Source: Fervidicoccaceae archaeon
Lineage (GTDB): Archaea > Thermoproteota > Thermoprotei_A > Sulfolobales > Fervidicoccaceae
Direction: 5' to 3'
Length of the DNA stretch: 64,000 nt
Assembly: GCA_038734945.1 (NCBI GenBank)
Contig: JAVYOA010000009.1
Span: forward strand, 434,001-498,000
Made by a program: the position numbers and the translations under genes. Below are positions 38,791 to 48,496 of the stretch, one piece after another. Every line of letters starts with the position of its first letter. Within the stretch, counting starts at the first letter, position 1. The notes below the pieces were generated by a model that saw only the letters and a list, made by a program, of their open reading frames with translations, searched no databases and was not told where the DNA came from.

Positions 38791-41552
38791 CTCTTTCTCA
38801 TTTTCTCCTTTATGGCAGCATGGGCAGCTGCTAATCTAGCCACTAGTATTCTATATGGCGAGGCGCTGACATAATCCAGACCTGCTTGATGGAAGAACTC
38901 TATTGAATCTGGATCTCCTCCGTGCTCTCCACATATGCCAACTTCCAGATCCTTTCTTGTTCTCTTTCCCCTCTCTGTTCCTATCTTCACAAGTTCGCCA
39001 ACTCCTGTCCTATCTATGACTTCAAACGGATTCACCTTCAGTATGTCCAGCTCGAGATACTTCGGGAGGAATTTGTTCTCCACGTCATCCCTGCTGAAGC
39101 TGAAGACAGCTTGTGTGAGGTCATTAGTTCCAAAACTGAAGAATTCAGCATGCTTCGCTATTTCGTCCGCTACAAGACATGCCCTGACAGTTTCTATCAT
39201 TGTGCCAATTTTGTAATCCAGCTTGATTCCATATTTTTTCTCTATTTCCTCAGCAGTGGGTAAAATTGCCTTCTCCTTCACGAATTTTATTTCCTCTGGG
39301 ATAGCTACTTGGGGAATCATTATTTCTATTATTGGGTTCTTTCCCTGCAGCTTTAGCTCAGCTGCAGCTGAAAGTATTGCCCTCGTGAGGCCAATGTATA
39401 CTTCTGGGAAGGTCACTCCAACTCTGACTCCTCTATGACCCATCATTGGATTAGCTTCAGTAAGAGCTGAGACTCTTCTGTATAGCTTCTCAAGCTCAGC
39501 TATTTTTTCCTTTGAAGCACCAGCAAGCCTTGCCTCATATATTTCCCTCAATATTTCCTCTGGCTTTGGAAGGAACTCGTGAAGTGGGGGATCTATGAGC
39601 CTCACTATGACTGGAAGCCCATCCATAATCTCGAATATTTCCTTGAAATCTGCCTTGATCATTTCGGCTAATTCGCTCATAGCTTTCATTCTCTCCTCCG
39701 AAGTCTCTGCGAGAATGACCTTCCTCAGGACCTCGAGGCGCTCAGGTCTTCTGAACATTCTCTCTATTCTCAGCAGCCCAATTCCCTCTGCACCATATTC
39801 TCTAGCAATTTTTGCATCCTGTGGAAGATCAGCATTTGCCCTCACCCCCAGTCTCCTGAACTTGTCAGCCCACCCTAGCAGGATCTGCAGCTCCCCTCCA
39901 ACTGAGGGCCTTATAGTAGGAACAGCCCCAAGATATACATTGCCAGTATTCCCATCTATTGTTATCAAATCTCCCTCCTTCACAACCACTCCATTTACTT
40001 CAAACTGCTTTCTATCATAATCTATCTTTATAGCCTCAGCTCCCACAACAGCTGGCTTTCCAATACCCCTCGCCACAACAGCAGCATGGCTAGTCATTCC
40101 ACCTCTGCTGGTAAGTATTCCTACCGCTGCATAGAATCCATGAACATCATCTGGCTTTGTTTCAACCCTTACTAATATGAGGCTTTTTCCTTGCTTGGCT
40201 TTTTCAACAGCATCATCTGGATGGAACACAACCTCACCGCTCACAGCACCCGGAGATGCTGCCAGGCCCTTCGCAATAGGTTTGCTTGCCTTGGACTCAT
40301 CAATCCTTGGATATAGAAGCTGGAGGACAACTTCTGGTTTGACTTTCAGCACAGCCTCCTCCTCCGTTAATATTCCTTCCCTCACCATATCGACAGCTGT
40401 TTTTATTCTGGCAATTGGAGTCATCTTAGCATCTCTGGTCTGAAGGAAGTAGAGCTTACCTTTTTCCACAGTGAATTCAACATCCTGAACGTCCTTATTT
40501 ACTCTTTCTAGCATCTTCAAATTTGCGTATAAGCTCTCATACAAGCTCGGGAATCTCTCCTTCAGGTCGGAAATGTGCATAGGCGTTCTTATTCCAGCAA
40601 CAACATCCTCACCTTGGGCGTTTGGAAGGAACTCTCCATAAATTTCATTTTCTCCAGTTGCTACGTTTCTTGAAAAGACCACTCCTGTTCCTGAGTCCAT
40701 TCCCATGTTTCCAAATACCATTGATTGAACAGTAACAGCAGTGCAACCAGCAATTTCCTGAGTTATTTTATTTGCGATTCTGTAGTATATGGCCCTTGGA
40801 TTCATCCAGGATCTGAATACTGCCTTTATTGCTGTTTCCAATTGTTTCCAAGGATCCTGTGGAAAACCTCCAGCCTCCCTTTTTATAATATCTTTATATT
40901 CATTAACAAGTTCCTTTAGCGCTAGTGTTCCCAGTTCCACATCGCTCTTTGCTCCATATTTTTCCTTGATTCTGGTGAGGGCTTCGTCGAACTTCTTGTC
41001 ATCTATGCTCAGGACAATTTTCCCATATAGTGAGAGGAATCTTCTATAGGAATCATAAGCGAATCTCTCGTCGTTTGTCTGCTCGGCAAGGCCTTTCACT
41101 GTTTCGTCATTTAGTCCCAAATTCAGAACTGTGTCCATCATTCCAGGCATTGAGACTGGAGCTCCGCTCCTCACCGAAACAAGAAGGGGATTTTTCGGAT
41201 CTCCGAAGATCCTACCTCTCTTCTTCTCAAGTACCTTCATTCTCTCTCTTACTTCATCCATCAATCCATTTGGGAGGGAAAGAGTATCAATTATCGCCCA
41301 GAGCTTTCTAATGAGCTCATCTCTTACAGCGGGAGGAGGATTTTTCTCCAGCTGTCTTACCAGCTCATCAACTTCAGCCTTTCTTGGTGCATAGAAGTCT
41401 CTGCAAGCATCGGTTGTTATAGTGAAGCCCGGAGGCACTGGAAGACCAGCTTTTGCCATTAGTGAGAGGCCAGCACCTTTCCCTCCAAATAGCTTTTTAT
41501 TATTTGGATCTCCTTCCTCGAAGTCAAATACATATCTTTTCAAATCGCTCAC
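38787..41552 (-). CDS. ppdK: Pyruvate, phosphate dikinase
   Basis: GGKGAGL, SVRSGA..SMPGMMDT, TSHAAVVAR (phospho-His), SFGTNDLTQ, GICGEHGG. Confidence 0.97.
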   Translation of the reverse strand: MSDLKRYVFDFEEGDPNNKKLFGGKGAGLSLMAKAGLPVPPGFTITTDACRDFYAPRKAEVDELVRQLEKNPPPAVRDELIRKLWAIIDTLSLPNGLMDEVRERMKVLEKKRGRIFGDPKNPLLVSVRSGAPVSMPGMMDTVLNLGLNDETVKGLAEQTNDERFAYDSYRRFLSLYGKIVLSIDDKKFDEALTRIKEKYGAKSDVELGTLALKELVNEYKDIIKREAGGFPQDPWKQLETAIKAVFRSWMNPRAIYYRIANKITQEIAGCTAVTVQSMVFGNMGMDSGTGVVFSRNVATGENEIYGEFLPNAQGEDVVAGIRTPMHISDLKERFPSLYESLYANLKMLERVNKDVQDVEFTVEKGKLYFLQTRDAKMTPIARIKTAVDMVREGILTEEEAVLKVKPEVVLQLLYPRIDESKASKPIAKGLAASPGAVSGEVVFHPDDAVEKAKQGKSLILVRVETKPDDVHGFYAAVGILTSRGGMTSHAAVVARGIGKPAVVGAEAIKIDYDRKQFEVNGVVVKEGDLITIDGNTGNVYLGAVPTIRPSVGGELQILLGWADKFRRLGVRANADLPQDAKIAREYGAEGIGLLRIERMFRRPERLEVLRKVILAETSEERMKAMSELAEMIKADFKEIFEIMDGLPVIVRLIDPPLHEFLPKPEEILREIYEARLAGASKEKIAELEKLYRRVSALTEANPMMGHRGVRVGVTFPEVYIGLTRAILSAAAELKLQGKNPIIEIMIPQVAIPEEIKFVKEKAILPTAEEIEKKYGIKLDYKIGTMIETVRACLVADEIAKHAEFFSFGTNDLTQAVFSFSRDDVENKFLPKYLELDILKVNPFEVIDRTGVGELVKIGTERGKRTRKDLEVGICGEHGGDPDSIEFFHQAGLDYVSASPYRILVARLAAAHAAIKEKMRKS

Positions 41553-41720
41553 ACCTTTTTGAATTATGAATGTTTTTCATTACTTAAATAGTTTTATCAT
41601 TACTATTAATATATGCTTTGTTTGCTTGAATTGAAACATTGAATGTCTTTATAAATGGACTATTTTAAAAGTTTATCATTTAACTGTAAAGAAAAAGTCT
41701 CCAAATAATTTTCTCTTTCA

Positions 41721-42017
41721 TCAGCCTATATAGCGATTTTCTCTCTCTTTTTTTGACAGCGAATAGAACTTCACTTCGAATCCTCTCCTACTGACCATGC
41801 ATACTCTTCTCAATGGACAAGCCGAGCAATTTTCCGAACAGCTCGAGATCTCGTGCACTTCTTCCAATATTCCCTTCAAGACCAGAATATCAAGAGCTTT
41901 TTCCAATTCCTTCTTATCTACATCGAGATCCTTCGCTAGTCCTTCCACGCTTATCAATTTTTTCTTCTTCATTTCTTCGATTATGGCTTTCTCCAACGGG
42001 GTACTTGTGTGCATCAA
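41721..42017 (-). CDS. Small winged-helix protein with Cys-rich wing (FeoC-like)
   Basis: HTH (SVEGLAKDLDVDKKELEKALDILVLKG) followed by CSENCSACPLRRVC. Confidence 0.65.
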   Translation of the reverse strand: MMHTSTPLEKAIIEEMKKKKLISVEGLAKDLDVDKKELEKALDILVLKGILEEVHEISSCSENCSACPLRRVCMVSRRGFEVKFYSLSKKERENRYIG

Positions 42018-42020
42018 TCC

Positions 42021-43034
42021 TCAATCAGCCTGAGACCATCCTTCTGGGCATCCTTTCCCGAATCTAATCGGCCTTTCTAGCTTTGAGAGGAGAGCAATCC
42101 TGCTAGCTTTGCTACTGCTCCTTATGGGATAGCCTGTGGCTTTAGAAAGCTTTTCAGCAAATGAAATAACTTCTTCGTAGGTGGGCATATTATCCTTGCT
42201 CAGCCTGAGCATGCTTGCACCAACATACATGTATGCCTTAGGTTCAATGTAGGTTGGCTGCATGATTTCAATTAGTTTGCTGAATCCCTTTACTGCTTTC
42301 TCATCCATGTTTATGCCCTTTATTAGAGTTATTCTGAGAACAGTAGGCCTCCCATAATCGCTCAAGCCTTCTAGAGTTCTCATTGTCATTTCCCAAGCAT
42401 TAGGCACCAAGGGCTGATTCACCCACTCATACATTTCCTTGCTGTATGCTTCCATACTTATATAGAGCTGGGATGGCTTTTCTTTCAAGTTCAAAATAAC
42501 ATCCGGTCTCACTCCTCTTGTAACTAGAAAAGTGGTTAGTCCTCTTCTGTGAAACTCCCTTATCAGCTCATCCAACCTATTATACAGTGTAGGTTCGCCA
42601 GTGAGACTTATAGCAACATGCTTCGGGTTCATTGCTTCCTCAAATAGAGTTTTATCAACCTTGGGATGAACTTTGTAGCCGCTTAGAAGCCTTCTTTGCC
42701 CCTCTATTATTTTATCTACGAGAGTGGAGATATCCTCATCAAAGTCCGGCATCTTTGTTTCGTTCCAATTTATACCAGCATCCTGCGGTCTAAGTCTCCA
42801 GCAATGGATACAGGCATTCCAGCACCAGAAAGCAGCTGGAGACATCTGTATACATCTGTGGCTCTCTATTCCATAAAATTTGCATTTATAGCAGTATCTG
42901 TTCTGAGTTAGAGCATTTCTTGTCCAGCTGCAGGTTTTCAATACTGTATGCTGATTAGCAAAATAGTATCCTTGCTTCTTCATTACCTCACTGAGCGCAT
43001 CCAGCCCTTCCTTCTCTACGTTCATGCCCTCCAC
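42021..43034 (-). CDS. taw1: tRNA 4-demethylwyosine synthase (radical SAM, Taw1/TYW1)
   Basis: KTCSWT, CYKCKFYGIESHRCIQM, CWNACIHCWR, AISLTGEPTLY, EPKAYMYVG.S. Confidence 0.95.
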   Translation of the reverse strand: MEGMNVEKEGLDALSEVMKKQGYYFANQHTVLKTCSWTRNALTQNRYCYKCKFYGIESHRCIQMSPAAFWCWNACIHCWRLRPQDAGINWNETKMPDFDEDISTLVDKIIEGQRRLLSGYKVHPKVDKTLFEEAMNPKHVAISLTGEPTLYNRLDELIREFHRRGLTTFLVTRGVRPDVILNLKEKPSQLYISMEAYSKEMYEWVNQPLVPNAWEMTMRTLEGLSDYGRPTVLRITLIKGINMDEKAVKGFSKLIEIMQPTYIEPKAYMYVGASMLRLSKDNMPTYEEVISFAEKLSKATGYPIRSSSKASRIALLSKLERPIRFGKGCPEGWSQAD

Positions 43035-43036
43035 CT

Positions 43037-43732
43037 TTATTCTCTCTTTATATAAATAAAATAGCCGGCAATTAATAAAATGATGATAATAATAGCAGCA
43101 TAATCAATTGTTCTTGCATAATTCTCAACAATAACCCAATTTTCTCCAAGTAAATAGCCTAAATATGTAAGTATAGCGTTCCAGGGAATTGAACCAACCA
43201 GAGTTAGCAACAGAAAAGGAAGAATTTTCATTTTCGCAATTCCTGCAGGAAGTGAGACAACAGTTCTAACTGCTGGCATCATTCTTCCGGAAAACACTAT
43301 CATGTTCCCATACCTGATGAAGAGATTTCTCGCCCTCTCGATGTCCTTTTCGCTTATCAAGAAATACTTGCCATATTTCTCTACGAAGGAAAGTCCAGGC
43401 CCACTTCCAATTTTGTAAAGGATAAAAGCTCCTAGAAGATTGCCGAGGGTTCCAGCCAATATTACTAGCACTAAATTCAATTGACCTCTCCAGACCAGAA
43501 AACCAGAAAAGGTCATAACGATCTCGCTGGGAATTGGGATTAGAGCACTCTCAAGCGTCATCAGAATAAAAATTCCTATGTATCCTATCCTCAATATTAG
43601 CTCAGTTGAGTAATTTACCACGGTTTCTACAGCTGATTTCCCCGTTCTAATTTGAATTACATAAATGGAAAAAAATGCTAATATTAGGATCGCAAAAAGG
43701 AAGAGGAAAAAAGTTTTATTGTTTTTACTCAT
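43037..43732 (-). CDS. DedA family membrane protein
   Basis: LESALIPIPSE, F.RYG...VFSGRMMPAVRT.VSLPAG. Start placed at ATG 43732 (track 43780). Confidence 0.9.
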   Translation of the reverse strand: MSKNNKTFFLFLFAILILAFFSIYVIQIRTGKSAVETVVNYSTELILRIGYIGIFILMTLESALIPIPSEIVMTFSGFLVWRGQLNLVLVILAGTLGNLLGAFILYKIGSGPGLSFVEKYGKYFLISEKDIERARNLFIRYGNMIVFSGRMMPAVRTVVSLPAGIAKMKILPFLLLTLVGSIPWNAILTYLGYLLGENWVIVENYARTIDYAAIIIIILLIAGYFIYIKRE

Positions 43733-43746
43733 ATCTCTATTCCTCT

Positions 43747-44283
43747 TCAAGCCTGAGTTATTTTTTTGACCATTTGACATTTTTGAGCAACCGTAATCAT
43801 TGAGATCCCTTTTGGTATTACTACTTCCTCTGCTATTTTTATACTTCTAATTTTTTCTCTGAAGATGTCTTCTGTCACATCATCTGTGAACACAATTTTT
43901 TTCACATTTAAGAGAAGAATAGGTCTATCTGCCTTCATAAGGTCGTTTGCTGTTATCCTTATTTCTCCTATGTCCTTAATTATAATAGACGTCTGCTGAG
44001 CTGGTAGTGCTGTCCTTATTGATGTAAGAGCTTTATCTGTGGACTTTTGAAATATCTCGAGCCCGGCATCTAGCGCAGAGAGAAAGTCCCTCATTGCCTC
44101 ATTTATAGCAGTGCCAACCGTTATATTCAATTCCTTTGCTTTCCTCGATATTCTTTCGTAGAGATCCTTATCAATACCTCTGATCGTCACTGATACCTTC
44201 TTCTCCTCTTCCTCGTCTTTATTTTCCGTCATTTCCATCATCATTGTAATACTTGTAATACAAAGGTTTTTATATTTTCTCAT
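43747..44283 (-). CDS. Hypothetical protein with N-terminal ribbon-helix-helix-like motif
   Basis: VSVTIRGIDKDLYERISRKAKELNITVGTAINEAM; true start probably one of the Met codons at about 44232-44244. Confidence 0.65.
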   Translation of the reverse strand: MRKYKNLCITSITMMMEMTENKDEEEEKKVSVTIRGIDKDLYERISRKAKELNITVGTAINEAMRDFLSALDAGLEIFQKSTDKALTSIRTALPAQQTSIIIKDIGEIRITANDLMKADRPILLLNVKKIVFTDDVTEDIFREKIRSIKIAEEVVIPKGISMITVAQKCQMVKKITQA

Positions 44284-44333
44284 TGTTTTATAAAATGTAA
44301 TAAATTTACATTATTTCAATTTAAGATGGTGGT

Positions 44334-45686
44334 TTGTTCTTGAAAGAATCAAAGGAAAAGGAAATCCTGAGAGGAAACATTGATAGAATTCTCCTATCCA
44401 TGGCAATTCCTCTAATGATTGCCGATCTCTCTCAAGTTCTATATAATGTTGCCGACACTCTCTGGCTAAGCTGGTTGGGTCCAGCACAGGTCGCTGCCCC
44501 GACTGTATCATGGCCTCCAATCTATGTGCTTCTCTCTTTTGGAAATGGGGTTATCTCAGTGGGCTATGCGAATATATCAAAGGCTTGGGGAAGGGGGGAT
44601 TTTGAGGAGGGAAAGAAAAGAGCAGGAGCTCTCTTAACTTTTTCATTCCTCTTCTCTCTGCTAGTGTCAGGCATCTCTCTCGCTTTTAGCAATGATATCC
44701 TGAGAGCCATGGGAGTTCCCCAAGACGTCTTTTCCTTTGCCTCAATTTATTTCCGAATAATGCTCATTACCACACCTCTAGCCTATATAACAATAGCCTT
44801 CTCAGTTATCACCTCATCAGTTGGAGATGCGTATATATCAATGAGAGTTTCCCTTCTCTCTTCCATCTTGAATGTTGTTCTCGATCCTTTCCTCATATTT
44901 GGATTGCTTGGCTTTCCAAAACTAGGTGTTGAGGGAGCAGCCCTAGCCACACTTATAGCAAATGCAACAAGCGCAGGATATAGCCTATTTTTTCTATTTA
45001 ATAAATACGAAAAAATGCATCTTTCTCTATCACATTTGAAATTGTCCTATGAGTGGTTCAAAGAAGCTATAAAGATTGGCTTTCCACTGGGAATTCACAG
45101 ATCCTCCAATTCGCTCGGTCAAACTGTGCTTGTATCCTTTATCTCGATTTATGGCTCAGGGGCTCTTGCCGCTTATGGCATCAGCATGAGGCTAATAGAT
45201 CTCGTACAAACCTATACTTCTGGAATGGGTAAATCAACAGCAGTAGTGGTTGGAATGAACTGGGGGAGTGGAAACAGGGAAAGAGTCCACAAGGCATCAA
45301 TCTCCTCGATCAAGCTAATGTTTATTACACTTATGATTTTAGGGGCATTTCTGGGAATTTTTAGTAAAGAGCTAATAGAAATTTTCTCCAAAGATATGGA
45401 AGTGATTTCTCTAGGATCTTCTCTCCTTCTCTATTCAGCATTTTCTCTTCCTTTCTTCGGCATTTTCTATTCAACTTATGGAATCTCCAATGGAATTGGT
45501 AATACCTATTTCTTCGGCATTCTCTCCATCCTAAGAACATGGGTATTCAGAATCGGCATTATTGCTATACTAATTGCTATATATAGCATTCCTATTAATG
45601 TTATATGGATGATATTAGCATTAAGCAATGTTCTTTCTGGCATACTAGGACTGATGTGGGTTAAAAAGCAGCTCCAAAATAAATAG
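44334..45686 (+). CDS. MATE family efflux transporter
   Basis: LYNVADTLWL, LNVVLDPFLIFG, LGVEGAALAT; about 12 TM helices. Confidence 0.92.
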   Translation: MFLKESKEKEILRGNIDRILLSMAIPLMIADLSQVLYNVADTLWLSWLGPAQVAAPTVSWPPIYVLLSFGNGVISVGYANISKAWGRGDFEEGKKRAGALLTFSFLFSLLVSGISLAFSNDILRAMGVPQDVFSFASIYFRIMLITTPLAYITIAFSVITSSVGDAYISMRVSLLSSILNVVLDPFLIFGLLGFPKLGVEGAALATLIANATSAGYSLFFLFNKYEKMHLSLSHLKLSYEWFKEAIKIGFPLGIHRSSNSLGQTVLVSFISIYGSGALAAYGISMRLIDLVQTYTSGMGKSTAVVVGMNWGSGNRERVHKASISSIKLMFITLMILGAFLGIFSKELIEIFSKDMEVISLGSSLLLYSAFSLPFFGIFYSTYGISNGIGNTYFFGILSILRTWVFRIGIIAILIAIYSIPINVIWMILALSNVLSGILGLMWVKKQLQNK

Positions 45687-46770
45687 AACTGCATATTGAT
45701 GTTTATTATTATGGGAGAGGAAAGCATTATATGAAGAAGCCAGTAAAATTCCCAGTGTTAGACTACTTCAAATTCAGGATGAGCAATTATTAATTTGATG
45801 TTATTGGGATGTCTGGAGGTTAGAGAAGAGTACCCGAAAGCAAAATAAAAAAGAAAAATCTTCTTTGGCTGACCTCCTCTTCACGATCTAACTCTTACCG
45901 AAAAGATTAAAATGATAACCACAATTGGGAACTTTGCCTGTGCCCAGGGCAGGTTAGTGTGTAAACATGCTTGTTCTCGAAAAACAACCGGAAGGCATTG
46001 AAAAGTTCGTGGAAAAGGTCTATTGACCCCAGCCAAGGGGGTCTGGAGCAACAAACCTCAACTTCTGTAGGATTCTGAACCACTTCATGAAAGGGGTTCT
46101 TTCCCCAAGTATTTTTGCTTAATTGCGCTAATTGGAAAAGCAATAACGTCAGATGATGAACAGCAAAAACTATTGGAGAAAAATATATTTAGAAAGCTTT
46201 TTCAACAATTCCCTCTCTTCTTCTTTAATGATCTTTTCCCCTCAATCTAATTCAATAGCTCTATTTCAATTTTCACAAAATCATCAAAGACATCTTTTTT
46301 TCCTTTTCATCCGCCTTTTATCCTTACAAACAATTCCTATTTTTCTTACATGTAAAACAATTTTTGTCGTCTTTTTTTATATTAGAAAACAGAGTTTATT
46401 GGCCATTTCGACATTTTTGTTAAAATGAGAATATAATGGAATAAATGACGCCCAGACTCACTGGAGAAGCACATAGAGTAAAGAAATGCATGATCAACAT
46501 TTCTACAAACATGAAAAGGCAAGAACCTATTCCCAGCCTCAATGTTATATGCTTTTGAGTAATACTTTCAAGCTCGGGGATGGGCTGACCCAGCTGAACT
46601 GGGGATGTAGCCCTAAGCTTCTCCAGAACCTTCTTTTTTAGTATTGTGAGGAGGTCAGTTTTAGGGAGAGAAGTAACTCAATTAACCTCTATTCTCAGAG
46701 AACGGAAAGGAAGAATGCCATGGAATCCTCAGCAGAATTAAAAAAAGATGATTGATTTAAATGCAAAGTT

Positions 46771-46950
46771 TCATTTTTTGCTCTTCTTCAGCTTCTCAAA
46801 TTCAGCCTTACTGAGAATGCGATAAATTGTTATTCCTGTCTCCGGACTCTTGCCCTTCACTGCTGGTCTTCCATTCTTCAATGTGACAATTTCTGGATTC
46901 AGCAACTTTACCTTCTTCTTTGCCTTTACGTCGAATGCCTCAAATTCCAT
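46771..46950 (-). CDS. 59-aa basic protein, CC1/DUF5679-like candidate chromatin protein (not in ORF track)
   Basis: My translation: MEFEAFDVKAKKKVKLLNPEIVTLKNGRPAVKGKSPETGITIYRILSKAEFEKLKKSKK. ATG at 46950, TGA at 46771-46773; GGGAGA upstream and TATA-like tract at about 46985-46997. Confidence 0.8.
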   Translation of the reverse strand: MEFEAFDVKAKKKVKLLNPEIVTLKNGRPAVKGKSPETGITIYRILSKAEFEKLKKSKK

Positions 46951-47049
46951 TTATGTTCTCCCGGTATTTTAATATAACCATTTCATATATATATTTAATG
47001 TTTTTACCGAACAATAAATACATGTTTTATAATTAAGAAAAACATATAA

Positions 47050-47676
47050 TTATAATATGGAAAATAAACAAATAATTGTTATTACTATAAAATCATATAT
47101 ACTTATTCTTAATTTTTTAGTCCAGCTTTTCTTTCTATGTGGATATTTAAAATGTATGGCTTCAGCCAAATATGTTGAAGCGTTGAAAGAAAAAACAATT
47201 ATTGGAATTGGAACGGACCTTGCTAGCGAGAAGAATCGACTTATTCCTCTTCCTCTTATTGCATCATACGCTTCAGAGGATATTTCCTGGAGGTACTGCA
47301 CAAGTCTCAATACAATTGGAATGGCATATCCAGCGATGGGTGGGATTCCTATTTTTCTTAGAATCAGGGGAATATCGCTTGGTTCAATCAGAGCGAAAGA
47401 AGTCACAGCACCGGCTCCCACCAAAGTTATTGAGATAGATGTAAACAGAGCATTTTTCCATCCTTGGAACACAAGTCCAAATAGGAAAGATGGTATAAAC
47501 AGCATCAAGTAGAGCTTATATAGACTTTTTATTTTTCCAGTTATTAGTGATAGAAAAGCAACAGATAGCAGAGCCTGAACAATTTTTCCATAATATAGCA
47601 TTCCAAAAACCCAGATGAAAAACAACAGAGCAGTCATCACGTTTATCTTGAACCTCAAGAAAAATCGGGAGCTCAA
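47050..47676 (-). CDS. ECF transporter transmembrane component (EcfT)
   Basis: Hydrophobic; LRKIGIP...LRL..L......DAIRGRG coupling-helix pattern; downstream of two ECF ATPases. Confidence 0.75.
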   Translation of the reverse strand: MSSRFFLRFKINVMTALLFFIWVFGMLYYGKIVQALLSVAFLSLITGKIKSLYKLYLMLFIPSFLFGLVFQGWKNALFTSISITLVGAGAVTSFALIEPSDIPLILRKIGIPPIAGYAIPIVLRLVQYLQEISSEAYDAIRGRGISRFFSLARSVPIPIIVFSFNASTYLAEAIHFKYPHRKKSWTKKLRISIYDFIVITIICLFSIL

Positions 47677-47691
47677 TTGCTATTCCTCCTG

Positions 47692-48336
47692 CTACCTCTT
47701 TCGTAGCACAGCAGCTTCTGTTAGTGGAAAGTTCAATTTCAATAAATGTCCTCTCATGATTACGTTCTGAGGAGTATCATCCGCAATTATTCTTCCATCT
47801 TTCAGCAAAATGAAGCGATTAGCAATTTCCTGTGAAAATTCTATATCGTGACTCGCTATAACAATAGTTGAGCTTAGCTTCTGAAGCAAAAAAGCTATCA
47901 TTTTTTTCTCTCTATTTCCAAGTCCAGTGGTAGGCTCATCAAGCAGGACTGCGTCTGGATTCCAAAGTGAAGCAACCATGATGGAAATGAGTCTTGCTTG
48001 ACCCATAGAAAGCAAAAAAGGAGATTTCTCGAGAATATTCTCCATCTTCAGTGATTTTAGAATGTCCATGGCCTCCCCGCGTCCTGGTAAAGAGCTAAGC
48101 TCCTTTTCCACCGTTTCATTGAAAAAGGACAAATATGGATTCTGCCAAGAAGCACCAATTTTCTCAGGTCTCACTACCTTCCCTGTATAGCCTTTTAGAG
48201 AGCCGAACATTATTCTGAGAAGGGTTGTTTTTCCTGATCCGTTTGGACCAATCAATGCTACCTTTTCTCCTCTTTCTATCCTAAGATCTATATCGTAAAG
48301 CCTGTCTTTTAGGCTAACTTTCTCAAGCAAGAACAT
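47692..48336 (-). CDS. ECF transporter ATPase (EcfA')
   Basis: GPNGSGKTT, QNP, LSMGQ, LLDEPTTGL, SHD; SD GAGGAGG. Confidence 0.88.
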   Translation of the reverse strand: MFLLEKVSLKDRLYDIDLRIERGEKVALIGPNGSGKTTLLRIMFGSLKGYTGKVVRPEKIGASWQNPYLSFFNETVEKELSSLPGRGEAMDILKSLKMENILEKSPFLLSMGQARLISIMVASLWNPDAVLLDEPTTGLGNREKKMIAFLLQKLSSTIVIASHDIEFSQEIANRFILLKDGRIIADDTPQNVIMRGHLLKLNFPLTEAAVLRKR

Positions 48337-48496
48337 TGTTTCCTCCTCTGCCTCGAAACTGCATCTTTAACGCACTGCAAATACTCAACATTGTACACTC
48401 AAATACCTTCTTGTTATAAGCTTTCTTAATCTTCTAGAAGGACCAAACTCTCCATTCAAAATAACGGCATAGCTTAAGTTAAATAAATCCATATTT

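Noticed and set aside
41553..41720. Repeated AGTTT(T)ATCATT upstream of ppdK as a TrmB/TGM-type operator
   Set aside because: Only half-site similarity, in very AT-rich sequence.
46570..46620. Hairpin as an H/ACA guide RNA
   Set aside because: No ACA box after the stem, a very asymmetric pocket and a non-canonical K-turn; kept only as an unexplained hairpin.
48337..48496. Gap between the two ECF ATPases as a broken linker of a fused gene, or a 35-aa ORF
   Set aside because: The downstream ATPase has its own GAGGAGG SD and ATG; several stops interrupt the frame, and the short ORF has no recognisable motif.
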